NCBI GenBank assembly: GCA_038883715.1
Contig: JAVZLS010000001.1
Location: forward strand, 74,430 to 138,429
Reading direction: 5' to 3'
Length of the DNA: 64,000 nt
Source: Candidatus Bathyarchaeia archaeon
GTDB taxonomy: Archaea; Thermoproteota; Bathyarchaeia; Bathyarchaeales; Bathycorpusculaceae
The position numbers and the translations under genes were made by a program. Position 1 is the stretch's first letter. Every line of letters starts with the position of its first letter. This document shows, piece after piece, positions 56,299 to 64,000 of this stretch. The notes beneath the pieces were generated by a model that was given only the letters and a program-made list of their open reading frames with translations, was not told the DNA's origin and ran no database searches.

Positions 56299-57075
56299 AC
56301 GGTAAATATGGATACTCCAAAGGCAGAGTATGCACTCGTTCGTCCCGTGCCAAACTCCTACGACAGATGTATAAGAACCAATATTGAGAGGATAGATGTT
56401 GAACTTGCTAAAAGGCAGCACATGGAGTACTGCAAAGCCCTAGAAAATCTTGGTTTAAAACTTCTTTGGGCTAAGAGTGACGACAAATTACCAGACAGCT
56501 GCTTCGTGGAGGATACAGCAGTTATTTTCGGCGAGAAGGCGGTTATATGTAATATGAAAATGGAGTCTCGAAAAGGGGAGGTTGTTGAAATAGCGAAAAT
56601 GCTTGAAAAAATAAAGAAGATACATCGTATAGAACCACCAGCAACAATTGATGGTGGAGACGTCCTCAAAATTGGCAGGGAAGTATTTGTTGGTCTTACC
56701 GCCAGAACTAATTTTTATGCTGTGGAACAGCTGCAGAAAATTTTGGAGAATGATGGATTTAACATAATTCCCGTCAAAGTGGACGGTGTCACCCATTTGA
56801 AATCTGTTTGCACATATCTTGGAAACGGTTATGTTGTGCTGGCAGAGGACTACTTTGATGCGGATGTTTTTAAAGGCTATAATCGGCTTGTTGTTCCTCC
56901 CTCAGAGCAATACGCGTCAAATTGCCTAGCCGTTAACGGAGTAGTTCTGATGGCGAAGGGTTATCCAAAAACAAGGAGGCTTATAGAAAGGGAAGGCTTC
57001 ACCATACAAGAGTTGGAGATGTCAGAGTTTAGGAAAGGGGAAGGCGCCTTAACATGTCTCTCAATACTTTGGTGA
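56296..57075 (+). CDS. N(G),N(G)-dimethylarginine dimethylaminohydrolase (amidinotransferase family)
   Basis: QH..Y..AL, LPDSCFVEDTA, SRKGE, IDGGDVL, RTN, HLKS, EFRKGEGALTCLS (Cys-His-Glu/Asp residues). Confidence 0.9.
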   Translation: MTVNMDTPKAEYALVRPVPNSYDRCIRTNIERIDVELAKRQHMEYCKALENLGLKLLWAKSDDKLPDSCFVEDTAVIFGEKAVICNMKMESRKGEVVEIAKMLEKIKKIHRIEPPATIDGGDVLKIGREVFVGLTARTNFYAVEQLQKILENDGFNIIPVKVDGVTHLKSVCTYLGNGYVVLAEDYFDADVFKGYNRLVVPPSEQYASNCLAVNGVVLMAKGYPKTRRLIEREGFTIQELEMSEFRKGEGALTCLSILW

Positions 57076-57078
57076 GTT

Positions 57079-58002
57079 TTAGCCTTTTGGAAGTGGGATT
57101 TCAAGGGTCATAAAGTCTTCTGCAACCTGTGTTTTTTTAAAAAATTTCCTTGCCTGTTTTAAGAGCACTTTTGGGTTTTCATAACGTGCACTTATGTGGG
57201 TCAGAATCAAAAGTTTGGCTCTGGAATTTTTGGCGTTCTCCGCCGCTTGGCTTGGGGTTGAATGCCCATCCTCGTAGGCTCTTTCAACCAGTTCATCATC
57301 CAAAGTGGCGTCATGAATTAGCAAATCAGCACCAGCTGCGAAAGTCGCCAAACCCTCAAAGGGTCTCGTATCCCCAGTATAAACAATTTTTCTCCCCGGT
57401 CTCGGTGGACCCATGACATCTTCCGGTTTAACAACTTTCCCGTTTGGAAGCCTAACCTCATTTCCGTGTTGAAGCTTTGACCATAAAGGTCCTTCTGGAA
57501 CTCCTAGGGCTCTAGCTTTTTCTGGGTAAAACTTTCCTGGGCGGGGCTTCTCCACAAGGGCGTAGGCTAGGCTTGGTATCACATGGTTTGCCCAAACAGC
57601 CTCAACCGCGTATTCTTCCTCTTCACATAGTTTTCCCGCGTTGTGGATTTCGTGAATTTCTATGGGAAATGTTAAACCGAACTGAACCGTTTCCCTTATG
57701 CCCTCCATGAACCTTCTTATTCCGGGCGGTCCATAGATTTCTAGTTTTTTGTCTCGGTCAAGCAGAGCCATTGTCTGTACAAGCCCAGGCAAGCCCAGCA
57801 TGTGGTCTCCATGCATATGCGTTATGAACACCTTCATTTTTCTGTTAAAACTGGCTCCAGCCATAATCATCTGCCTTTGCACACCCTCGCCACAGTCGAA
57901 CAACAGTTGTTCGCCTTTACGCCTTATCAATATGGCTGGCAAACTCCTCTTGGGAGTTGGGATGCTTCCAGCCGTGCCTAAGAAGATAACTTTTAGATTC
58001 AT
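57079..58002 (-). CDS. rnz: Ribonuclease Z
   Basis: FLGT..S.PT..R, FDCGEG.QRQ, THMHGDH, PEGP flexible arm, YTGDT, HST, THISARY. Confidence 0.96.
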   Translation of the reverse strand: MNLKVIFLGTAGSIPTPKRSLPAILIRRKGEQLLFDCGEGVQRQMIMAGASFNRKMKVFITHMHGDHMLGLPGLVQTMALLDRDKKLEIYGPPGIRRFMEGIRETVQFGLTFPIEIHEIHNAGKLCEEEEYAVEAVWANHVIPSLAYALVEKPRPGKFYPEKARALGVPEGPLWSKLQHGNEVRLPNGKVVKPEDVMGPPRPGRKIVYTGDTRPFEGLATFAAGADLLIHDATLDDELVERAYEDGHSTPSQAAENAKNSRAKLLILTHISARYENPKVLLKQARKFFKKTQVAEDFMTLEIPLPKG

Positions 58003-58154
58003 AGGCGCACTACACCTTTTAGAGTATGCTGCCTTTCATTGTTAGGCTTTATGCTCAGCCATTCCTTAAAAACGAATGCGGAAACTTTGCAGCTTTCGAA
58101 ACCTTTATTATGAACATTTCAACGTTATGCTGTGTCAAATTCAGGATGTTGTAA

Positions 58155-58673
58155 ATGTTGATCACCATAAAGAAAGCGGACCGTAAAGATATTGAAATCC
58201 TTTCAGAAAAGCTTTTGTCCCTTTTAGAGGACAAGAATAGTCAAGTTTACATGGATAATGTTGCCAAGTTCGGAATCCCGGAAGACTATGTTAAGAAGGC
58301 TTTTGCAAAAGAAACATTGTTGAATGCTGTCTTTACAAGAAAAGCAACCTTTTATCTTGCTATTAGTGGCGATGAAATTATAGGTTTCGCCCAAACAATA
58401 CAACAAGACGCGGTCACCACAGAGTTGGACCGAATCATAGTTTTTCCACAGTATACCAGAAAAGGTATTGGAGCCTTGTTGCTTGGCGAGGTCATTAAAG
58501 ACCAGAAACAGATGAAAATAAAGAGCATCATTGTAAAAGCTGGAAAAGAAGAAAATCATGCAAGGCGGTTCTATGAGAAAAATGGCTTTAAACAAATAGG
58601 AGAAATGACAATTAACGCCCCATGGAGTAAAAAACTGGAGCTAGTCACCTACCAGCTTTGCCTAGAGCCTTGA
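58155..58673 (+). CDS. GNAT-family N-acetyltransferase
   Basis: IIGFA, V.PQYTRKGIGALL, ENHARRFYEKNGF. Confidence 0.9.
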   Translation: MLITIKKADRKDIEILSEKLLSLLEDKNSQVYMDNVAKFGIPEDYVKKAFAKETLLNAVFTRKATFYLAISGDEIIGFAQTIQQDAVTTELDRIIVFPQYTRKGIGALLLGEVIKDQKQMKIKSIIVKAGKEENHARRFYEKNGFKQIGEMTINAPWSKKLELVTYQLCLEP

Positions 58674-58749
58674 AAATGGAACATTAAAGTCTTTGGAAAG
58701 CAAGAGGTTCTGATGAGTCCGTAAGTCTTAAAGGCTTGAATGGAGAATC

Positions 58750-59238
58750 ATGAATGGGAAATGGTCTTTCATGGTAAGGGTTATTGTTGTTTTTGAGTCG
58801 CGTTATGGCAACACTAAACGTGTGGCAGAATCCATAATCGAGGGAATAAACGAGGCTGGTGGAGTGGAGGTTTCTCTCAAAGAGCTGAAAGAGGTGGACC
58901 TTAACGAAATCTCCTCTTATGACGCAATATTGATTGGCTCCCCAAACCATATGGGTGGCCCTACAAGGGGCATTAAGGGCTTTATCGACAAGCTTAGCAA
59001 GTTGCAGTTGGATGGAAGGAAGTTTGCTGTTTTCGACACGTATATGGGGAAGGACTTTGAGAAAGCTGTAAAGAAGATGGAGAAACGGATAAGCGAGAAG
59101 GCTCCAGGTTTAAAGCGAATTACAGCTGGTTTATCAATAAAAGTTCAGGGGGTAAAGGGACCTATCGCGGAAGGCGAACTTCCAAAATGCAAAGAGTTTG
59201 GGAAAAACATAGCCATCCAACTTAAAAGGGGAAAGTAG
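58750..59238 (+). CDS. Flavodoxin domain protein
   Basis: FESRYGNTKRVAE, IGSPNH.G, FAVFDT. Start may be ATG 58771. Confidence 0.88.
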   Translation: MNGKWSFMVRVIVVFESRYGNTKRVAESIIEGINEAGGVEVSLKELKEVDLNEISSYDAILIGSPNHMGGPTRGIKGFIDKLSKLQLDGRKFAVFDTYMGKDFEKAVKKMEKRISEKAPGLKRITAGLSIKVQGVKGPIAEGELPKCKEFGKNIAIQLKRGK

Positions 59239-59242
59239 AAAA

Positions 59243-59632
59243 ATGACGGTTTCTGTTAAAAGGAGCAAGATGGTGGTTTTTGTCGTTTTTCTATGGATAA
59301 TTCAATCTGTTGGCAGGCTTTGCTTTGCGGTGGTTGGCACACCCGGAGGCATGGGACAATTTTTAGACACTCCGATTTCAAACGAGGTGTCCGTCATCCT
59401 CTTCATGATGTTTATGTTTCTAGGTGTTTTAGGACTTGTTGCTGCTTTCGGCTTGTTGGCTGAGCGAAGATGGGGCTTTTGGAGTACAGTGTTGGCTAGC
59501 GTTGCGACCATAGCCTTTGACATTTGGGGTTTAACAATACAGTTGACAGCTGCCATCGGCTTAATTGTACCAATAATATCTATGGGAATTCTCTACTTTA
59601 AGAAAGAACAGGTGCTTGCCGCACCAAAATGA
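59243..59632 (+). CDS. Hypothetical membrane protein (about 4 TM)
   Basis: Hydrophobic segments, GL...RRWG motif; co-oriented directly after the flavodoxin gene. Confidence 0.7.
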   Translation: MTVSVKRSKMVVFVVFLWIIQSVGRLCFAVVGTPGGMGQFLDTPISNEVSVILFMMFMFLGVLGLVAAFGLLAERRWGFWSTVLASVATIAFDIWGLTIQLTAAIGLIVPIISMGILYFKKEQVLAAPK

Positions 59633-59650
59633 AAGAAGTTATAAGCGCTT

Positions 59651-60688
59651 TCAGACTTTCTCAAAGACTGCAATTTCGCGGGTTAAGCTTCTGTGCACGT
59701 AAACCATGTGGGATTCCACGTGGCGATAGCCCAATGCCTTGCCTATCTGGCTTATGCCAACCTTTTTTGGCGCTGCCATACATATATGCCCATCTTTGCC
59801 AAGCATATCGTAAACAGCCTCTAAACAGTCTTCGATTATCTGTTTCGTTGTCCGCTTGAAGGTTGTGGCGCTTTTTCCATACGGTGGGTCTGCAACAACA
59901 CAGTCAACCTTCTGAACTGGCGGGTTCTTTGCGTCGGCAACTATGACACCTTCTGGCATGATGTCAAAATGTTTAAAGTTTTTTAGGCTTCCCCGCACCA
60001 TGCGCCTTTGGACGTCCACGCCTAGAACGCGGCAGCCTATTAGGGCTGCTTCTATCAATATGCTTCCGGTTCCGCAGAAAGGATCAAATACTAAATCTCC
60101 GGCTTTTGGTTTGGCTAGGTTTACCATACACCTTGCAAGTTTTGGCGGCATTGCCGACGGGTGAAAGAAGGGTTTTTTCTTTGGGCGTCTCTCCATAAAG
60201 GGTTTTGGCGGCATCTCCACCAGCTTCAAGCCGAAAACAAGCTTGTCGTCCGTTAGGATTCCTGTGAAGGTTTTTTGCGGGTTTTGAAGGTTTACTCGCA
60301 CATTTTCCGCTTGGTTTAGGATTATTTCGCCTAGTTTGCGCTCCAAAGCCATTCCATCAACTTCTCTTGCGTGGCTTTTTACGTGCCTTATGCGGACAGC
60401 AAAACTTTCGCCGCTTTCTAGGAACTCGCCAATGTTGGTTGAGCGTAGAGCTTTAACAGCCTCGCTTGGCTCAGCCTTACAAGTGAAAATTTCATATCCG
60501 CAAAGCCTTGTTAGGGCTGCGCGCCTTTTTATGGCTTCGACGCATTTTATGTCTGCTTCAATTCTCAAAACTTGGTCCAGTTTTTCTAAAACTTTGTAGT
60601 TGTAACCTTCAGCCTCAAGGATGGCTTTCAACTCTGCTGCGGGAAGTGTTTCGTGCTCGCCTGATAGTAGAAAGAAGAGCCTAGCCAC
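59651..60688 (-). CDS. trm11: tRNA (guanine10-N2)-methyltransferase Trm11/TrmG10 (THUMP + MTase)
   Basis: LSGEH.TLP.AE, SFAVR, KPFFHPSAMPPKLARCMVNL, DPFCGTG, DPPYG; GTG 60688 is the likely start. Confidence 0.92.
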   Translation of the reverse strand: MARLFFLLSGEHETLPAAELKAILEAEGYNYKVLEKLDQVLRIEADIKCVEAIKRRAALTRLCGYEIFTCKAEPSEAVKALRSTNIGEFLESGESFAVRIRHVKSHAREVDGMALERKLGEIILNQAENVRVNLQNPQKTFTGILTDDKLVFGLKLVEMPPKPFMERRPKKKPFFHPSAMPPKLARCMVNLAKPKAGDLVFDPFCGTGSILIEAALIGCRVLGVDVQRRMVRGSLKNFKHFDIMPEGVIVADAKNPPVQKVDCVVADPPYGKSATTFKRTTKQIIEDCLEAVYDMLGKDGHICMAAPKKVGISQIGKALGYRHVESHMVYVHRSLTREIAVFEKV

Positions 60689-61565
60689 TTTGAAGCTCCC
60701 GCAGTGTCTGGGCAAGAAGCGAAGCTAAGGAAACTTTGCTTACTGGGCTGGGGACGCTGTCGGTTCCAATAATTTCTTCTACTCTAGCTTCTTTGATGCG
60801 CTTTTCAGCATCGCCTACCAGAAGCGGGTGCACGCATGCGGCGTAAACTTTGGCTGCTCCAAGTTCTTTTAGGATGTTTGCGGCCGCCACTATCGTGCCG
60901 CCAGTGCTAATAATGTCGTCGAAAATTATGACATTTTTGCCCTCGACGGCAAACTCCTTCTTCTCAACCGTCACACGTCCAGTATAACGGTCTCTCTGCT
61001 TTTCCAAATAGCCAAAGTCTCCGCCTAGAACTTTTGAGGCTTCTTCAGCTATCCCTATTGCGCCTTTGTCTGGAGCAAGCGCAAAAGCCTCTTTGAAGCC
61101 CCTCTGCCTAAAGTGTTCGGCTAAAAGCGGGATGGCTGAGATACTTTTTGCTTGGAATGGAAACCTGTCTAAAATGTTTTTCTGGTGAACGTTAACTGTC
61201 AGTAGCATGTCGATGCCAGCAGCCTTAAGCATTTTTGCTATGGCTTCTATGCTTACAGCCTCGCCTTTTAGGAAGACCTTGTCTTGGCGGGCATAAGCCA
61301 AGTATGGAACAACAGCCACAACCCTTCTCGCGTCGTTTCTTTTGGCAGCGTCAGCAATTAACGCCAGCTGTATTAGGCGTGTGTCCTGCGGGGGGCTTGT
61401 CGTCTGCACTATTACGGCGGTTTCGCCTTCAACTTCGCCGTCAAGCCTCACATAGGATTCGCCATCTGGAAAAGCCTTAAAAAAGACTGGAGTTGGCTCT
61501 ATGCCCAAAAGGTTGGCTATTTTCTCGCCTAGTTCTTTTGAGGCTGGTCCTGGAAGGATTTTCAT
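60681..61565 (-). CDS. prs: Ribose-phosphate pyrophosphokinase
   Basis: FPDGE, PYLAYARQDK, APDKGA, DDIISTGGT. Confidence 0.96.
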   Translation of the reverse strand: MKILPGPASKELGEKIANLLGIEPTPVFFKAFPDGESYVRLDGEVEGETAVIVQTTSPPQDTRLIQLALIADAAKRNDARRVVAVVPYLAYARQDKVFLKGEAVSIEAIAKMLKAAGIDMLLTVNVHQKNILDRFPFQAKSISAIPLLAEHFRQRGFKEAFALAPDKGAIGIAEEASKVLGGDFGYLEKQRDRYTGRVTVEKKEFAVEGKNVIIFDDIISTGGTIVAAANILKELGAAKVYAACVHPLLVGDAEKRIKEARVEEIIGTDSVPSPVSKVSLASLLAQTLRELQSG

Positions 61566-61600
61566 TTAACCGCCGTTTTCTAGTGAAGCACGCCTATCTT

Positions 61601-62896
61601 TTAGATTTTTCCAGCAGCCCTATACTGTTCTATGAGTTCTTTGGCTCTGTCCATGCGGATTTTGCGCTCCTCCACCATTTTCTCAGCAACCAAATCTATA
61701 AGCTCACCAGTAGCGCCAGCGGCAATGGCAATGTTCCTGGCATGAAGCGACATGTGACCGCGCTGTATGCCTTCATGAGCTAAAGCCCTCAAAGCGCCGA
61801 GGTTTTGGGCTAAGCCAACAGCCGCCAAAACTTCGGCAAACTCATTAGCTGTTTTTACACCTAGGATTTTTAGGCAGATTTTTGCGATAGGATGGGTTCG
61901 CACAGCCCCGCCTATTAGGCCGACGGCCATGGGCAGTTCTATTGAGCCCACCAAGTCGCCGTTTTCGTTTTTCTCCCATGTAGAAAGCGTTGTGTATTGT
62001 CCGCTTCTGGCAGCATAAGCGTGGGCTCCGGCTTCTATGGCGCGGTGGTCGTTGCATGTGGCGATTACGACTGCTATTATGCCGTTCATTATTCCCTTAT
62101 TGTGCGTAGCAGCCCTATAAGGGTCTGCAGCAGCAAAAGCCCAAGCATTCACAATGCCGTCAACGACTTCTTCTCCGCCAACAGCCTCCTTGGGGACGAC
62201 GCACCAGGCTCTTGCTAGGCGTTTAACAGCCAAGTTGGAGATTATCCGCAAATAGACGCGCCCGCCTGTTATCCGCTCTATTAGGGGGGCTACAGCCTCG
62301 CACATGGTGTTTACGGCGTTAGCGCCCATGGCGTCGCGGCAGTCCACATGCAACTCGGTAATAACCATTGGACCTTGGACGGTGTGGATAACTTTTGCGT
62401 CTAGGTCTTTTGCTCCGCCCCCAACAGAAACAAGCACCGGGTCTTGGTCATTAGCCTTCTTTAAAATTTCGTCTTTAGCCTGCAATATGCGGAGCCTAGC
62501 CGCATAAGGGTCTTTAATGCCGACTGCTTGTACTTGCCCAATCATGATTGGTGGCGTACTGCTCGTGTGGAAGCCTCCGCCATCCCTAGCCATTTTAGCA
62601 GCATAACTAGCCGCAGCCACAACAGAAGGCTCCTCAATAGCCATCGGCACCAAATAGTCTCGCCCATTAATGAGGAAGTTTACGGCAATGCCCAGCGGCA
62701 CTGGAATGGCACCCACAACGTTTTCTATCATGCGGTCAGCCAAGTCCAAGGGCAAACCACCAGTATTCTGCAAAAGGGCGCATTCCTCATCAGTTAAGCC
62801 AGCAAACTCCTTAACAAAGGCTAAACGCTCCGCTGGACTAAGCTTATAAAAACCCGAAAACAAAGATGATTTGCTCACGCGTTTTTCACTCTCCAT
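61601..62896 (-). CDS. mvaA: Hydroxymethylglutaryl-CoA reductase, class II
   Basis: MIENVVG, EEPSVVAA, DAMGANAVN, RIISNL, THNKG, GIQRGHMSLH. Confidence 0.95.
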   Translation of the reverse strand: MESEKRVSKSSLFSGFYKLSPAERLAFVKEFAGLTDEECALLQNTGGLPLDLADRMIENVVGAIPVPLGIAVNFLINGRDYLVPMAIEEPSVVAAASYAAKMARDGGGFHTSSTPPIMIGQVQAVGIKDPYAARLRILQAKDEILKKANDQDPVLVSVGGGAKDLDAKVIHTVQGPMVITELHVDCRDAMGANAVNTMCEAVAPLIERITGGRVYLRIISNLAVKRLARAWCVVPKEAVGGEEVVDGIVNAWAFAAADPYRAATHNKGIMNGIIAVVIATCNDHRAIEAGAHAYAARSGQYTTLSTWEKNENGDLVGSIELPMAVGLIGGAVRTHPIAKICLKILGVKTANEFAEVLAAVGLAQNLGALRALAHEGIQRGHMSLHARNIAIAAGATGELIDLVAEKMVEERKIRMDRAKELIEQYRAAGKI

Positions 62897-63175
62897 ACTT
62901 AAGGTAAACTGAATAATAGCATTGTTTTGCTTTGCATTTAAACTTTGGCAGAATATAGGCTTTTGATATGGGCTTTTTAGCCGATGATTTTATAAATAAA
63001 AGATAGCCTTCGTAAGATAAATTCCCCATCTGTTAAACTATCAGATTCTCAACAACTATAACGTTCTCATAGACTAAGCTTATAGGAACCAGAAAATAAA
63101 GGTGACTTACCATATTTCAAATCATGTTTTAACACTTAACAACCTACTCTTATAAGGTTCGCAGTCCTAACTTAT

Positions 63176-63187
63176 AAAATAAAAAAA
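63176..63187 (-). terminator. Probable oligo-T terminator
   Basis: TTTTTTTATTTT on the minus strand 11-22 nt after the stop at 63199. Confidence 0.5.
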
Positions 63188-63198
63188 GGGTGTTGTTG

Positions 63199-63720
63199 TT
63201 ATACTTGCTCGTACGTGAATTTCACCGTAAAGCTATCACTTCCTGACGCGCTTGACTTTGTGTCGATGTAGAAAGTGATATGCCAAACTTCCCCTTGATG
63301 GATGGTATTAGAAGCAGGACTCGGCGACAGTGCATTAATCGAGGTGATCTGCGCGTTAGTCATGTTATGGTAAATTACAATGTTAAATGCTTCATATAGC
63401 TCCGAACTTGGAGGATCCGTTACTTCAATAGTTACTGTGTAATTCTTGTCGTTATCCAAATTTTTTAGGTAAAGGTGGTTTGTTATATTGTATGCTGTCC
63501 CGTTGTTTAGAGATAGAGAAACCGTTGCAATCTGACCATCTATGTTCACGCTTATGCCTGGTTCGTCAGCACCTTTGACCCAGGCTAGTCCCCCTGCTGA
63601 TATTTGAACAGTCCCTTGAATTTCCATGTATCGAACTACCCCTGCGCTTGCTGTAGCTATTAGTAATGATGATATTAGCAGTGTTGCAAATTTTAGCATT
63701 TTTTTGTAGTTTGTTTTCAT
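63199..63720 (-). CDS. Secreted beta-rich protein with signal peptide (possible surface fibre subunit)
   Basis: MKTNYKKMLKFATLLISSLLIATASA signal peptide, beta-strand-rich body, N-x-S/T sequons; GGAGGTGA RBS. Confidence 0.7.
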   Translation of the reverse strand: MKTNYKKMLKFATLLISSLLIATASAGVVRYMEIQGTVQISAGGLAWVKGADEPGISVNIDGQIATVSLSLNNGTAYNITNHLYLKNLDNDKNYTVTIEVTDPPSSELYEAFNIVIYHNMTNAQITSINALSPSPASNTIHQGEVWHITFYIDTKSSASGSDSFTVKFTYEQV

Positions 63721-64000
63721 TTTGTTGTTTCACCTCCTTTCCGTTTTTTCCTTTCTTTTAGGGTTTCTATCCATATTTTTATGAGGACGTAGGCGCTTAC
63801 GGCTAGGACTATGGCGCAGGCTATTGCTAGGGCGATTGCTGAAGCGATGAAGGCTGCCTCTCCCCACGTTGGTTTGTAGGCGGCGTAGGCGGCTGCAGCT
63901 GTTATGGCTGTGCCTGCGCCTATGGCTATGTACCACCATCGGGGCTTGAAGAATATGTAGGTGCCCAACCCCACCACCAATGTGTCGAAGGCTACTATGC
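63717..64000 (-). CDS. 3' part of a membrane protein truncated by the window edge
   Basis: Frame open to the edge with hydrophobic helices and a basic tail; stop overlaps the next ATG. Confidence 0.65.
   Translation of the reverse strand, partial: IVAFDTLVVGLGTYIFFKPRWWYIAIGAGTAITAAAAYAAYKPTWGEAAFIASAIALAIACAIVLAVSAYVLIKIWIETLKERKKRKGGETTK

Noticed and set aside
1-64000. CRISPR arrays, IS elements, proviral genes, rRNA
   Set aside because: No regularly spaced repeats, transposase/integrase/capsid motifs or rRNA-like sequence seen by eye; short or degenerate elements could have been missed

Overview
Archaeal chromosomal segment, most consistent with a Bathyarchaeia-like TACK archaeon (inferred from GGTGA/GGAGG RBSs, frequent TTG/GTG starts, Dph5, RibK/RibL, a BHB-intron tRNA and gene content). 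It has seven blocks. (1) A type IV pilus-like locus (1-6949). (2) Housekeeping genes ribK/ribL/DUF357/dph5 plus tRNA-Lys(CTT) with a non-canonical 30/31 intron. (3) A ~17 kb catabolic cluster (10519-27388) with three pyrrolysine-free MttB-family methyltransferases, two corrinoid proteins, a stand-alone MtrH/MtgA, an APC permease, a beta-keto acid cleavage enzyme, two aminotransferases, a threonine-synthase-like enzyme, a ureohydrolase and an embedded nucleotidyltransferase + metallophosphoesterase pair. (4) A redox-stress block (PDO, DUF166, ArsC, DUF438-hemerythrin, FprA, Cys-rich HTH regulator with a perfect 22-bp palindrome). (5) An RLAN/RimK/GCS2 amidoligase module, a frameshifted P-type ATPase and an Lhr helicase. 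(6) An ArsR/bactofilin-like/ABC operon, a wHTH-KaiC ATPase + HTH-extended DNA ligase pair, and two-component/V4R genes. (7) DDAH, rnz, trm11, prs and class II HMG-CoA reductase. No CRISPR array, integrase or IS element was seen. Best candidates for undescribed biology: the methylated-amine/amino-acid cluster and its NTase-phosphoesterase pair, the KaiC-ligase pair, and the bactofilin operon with MscL-like C-terminal motifs. All family assignments come from motif recognition by eye, not database searches.
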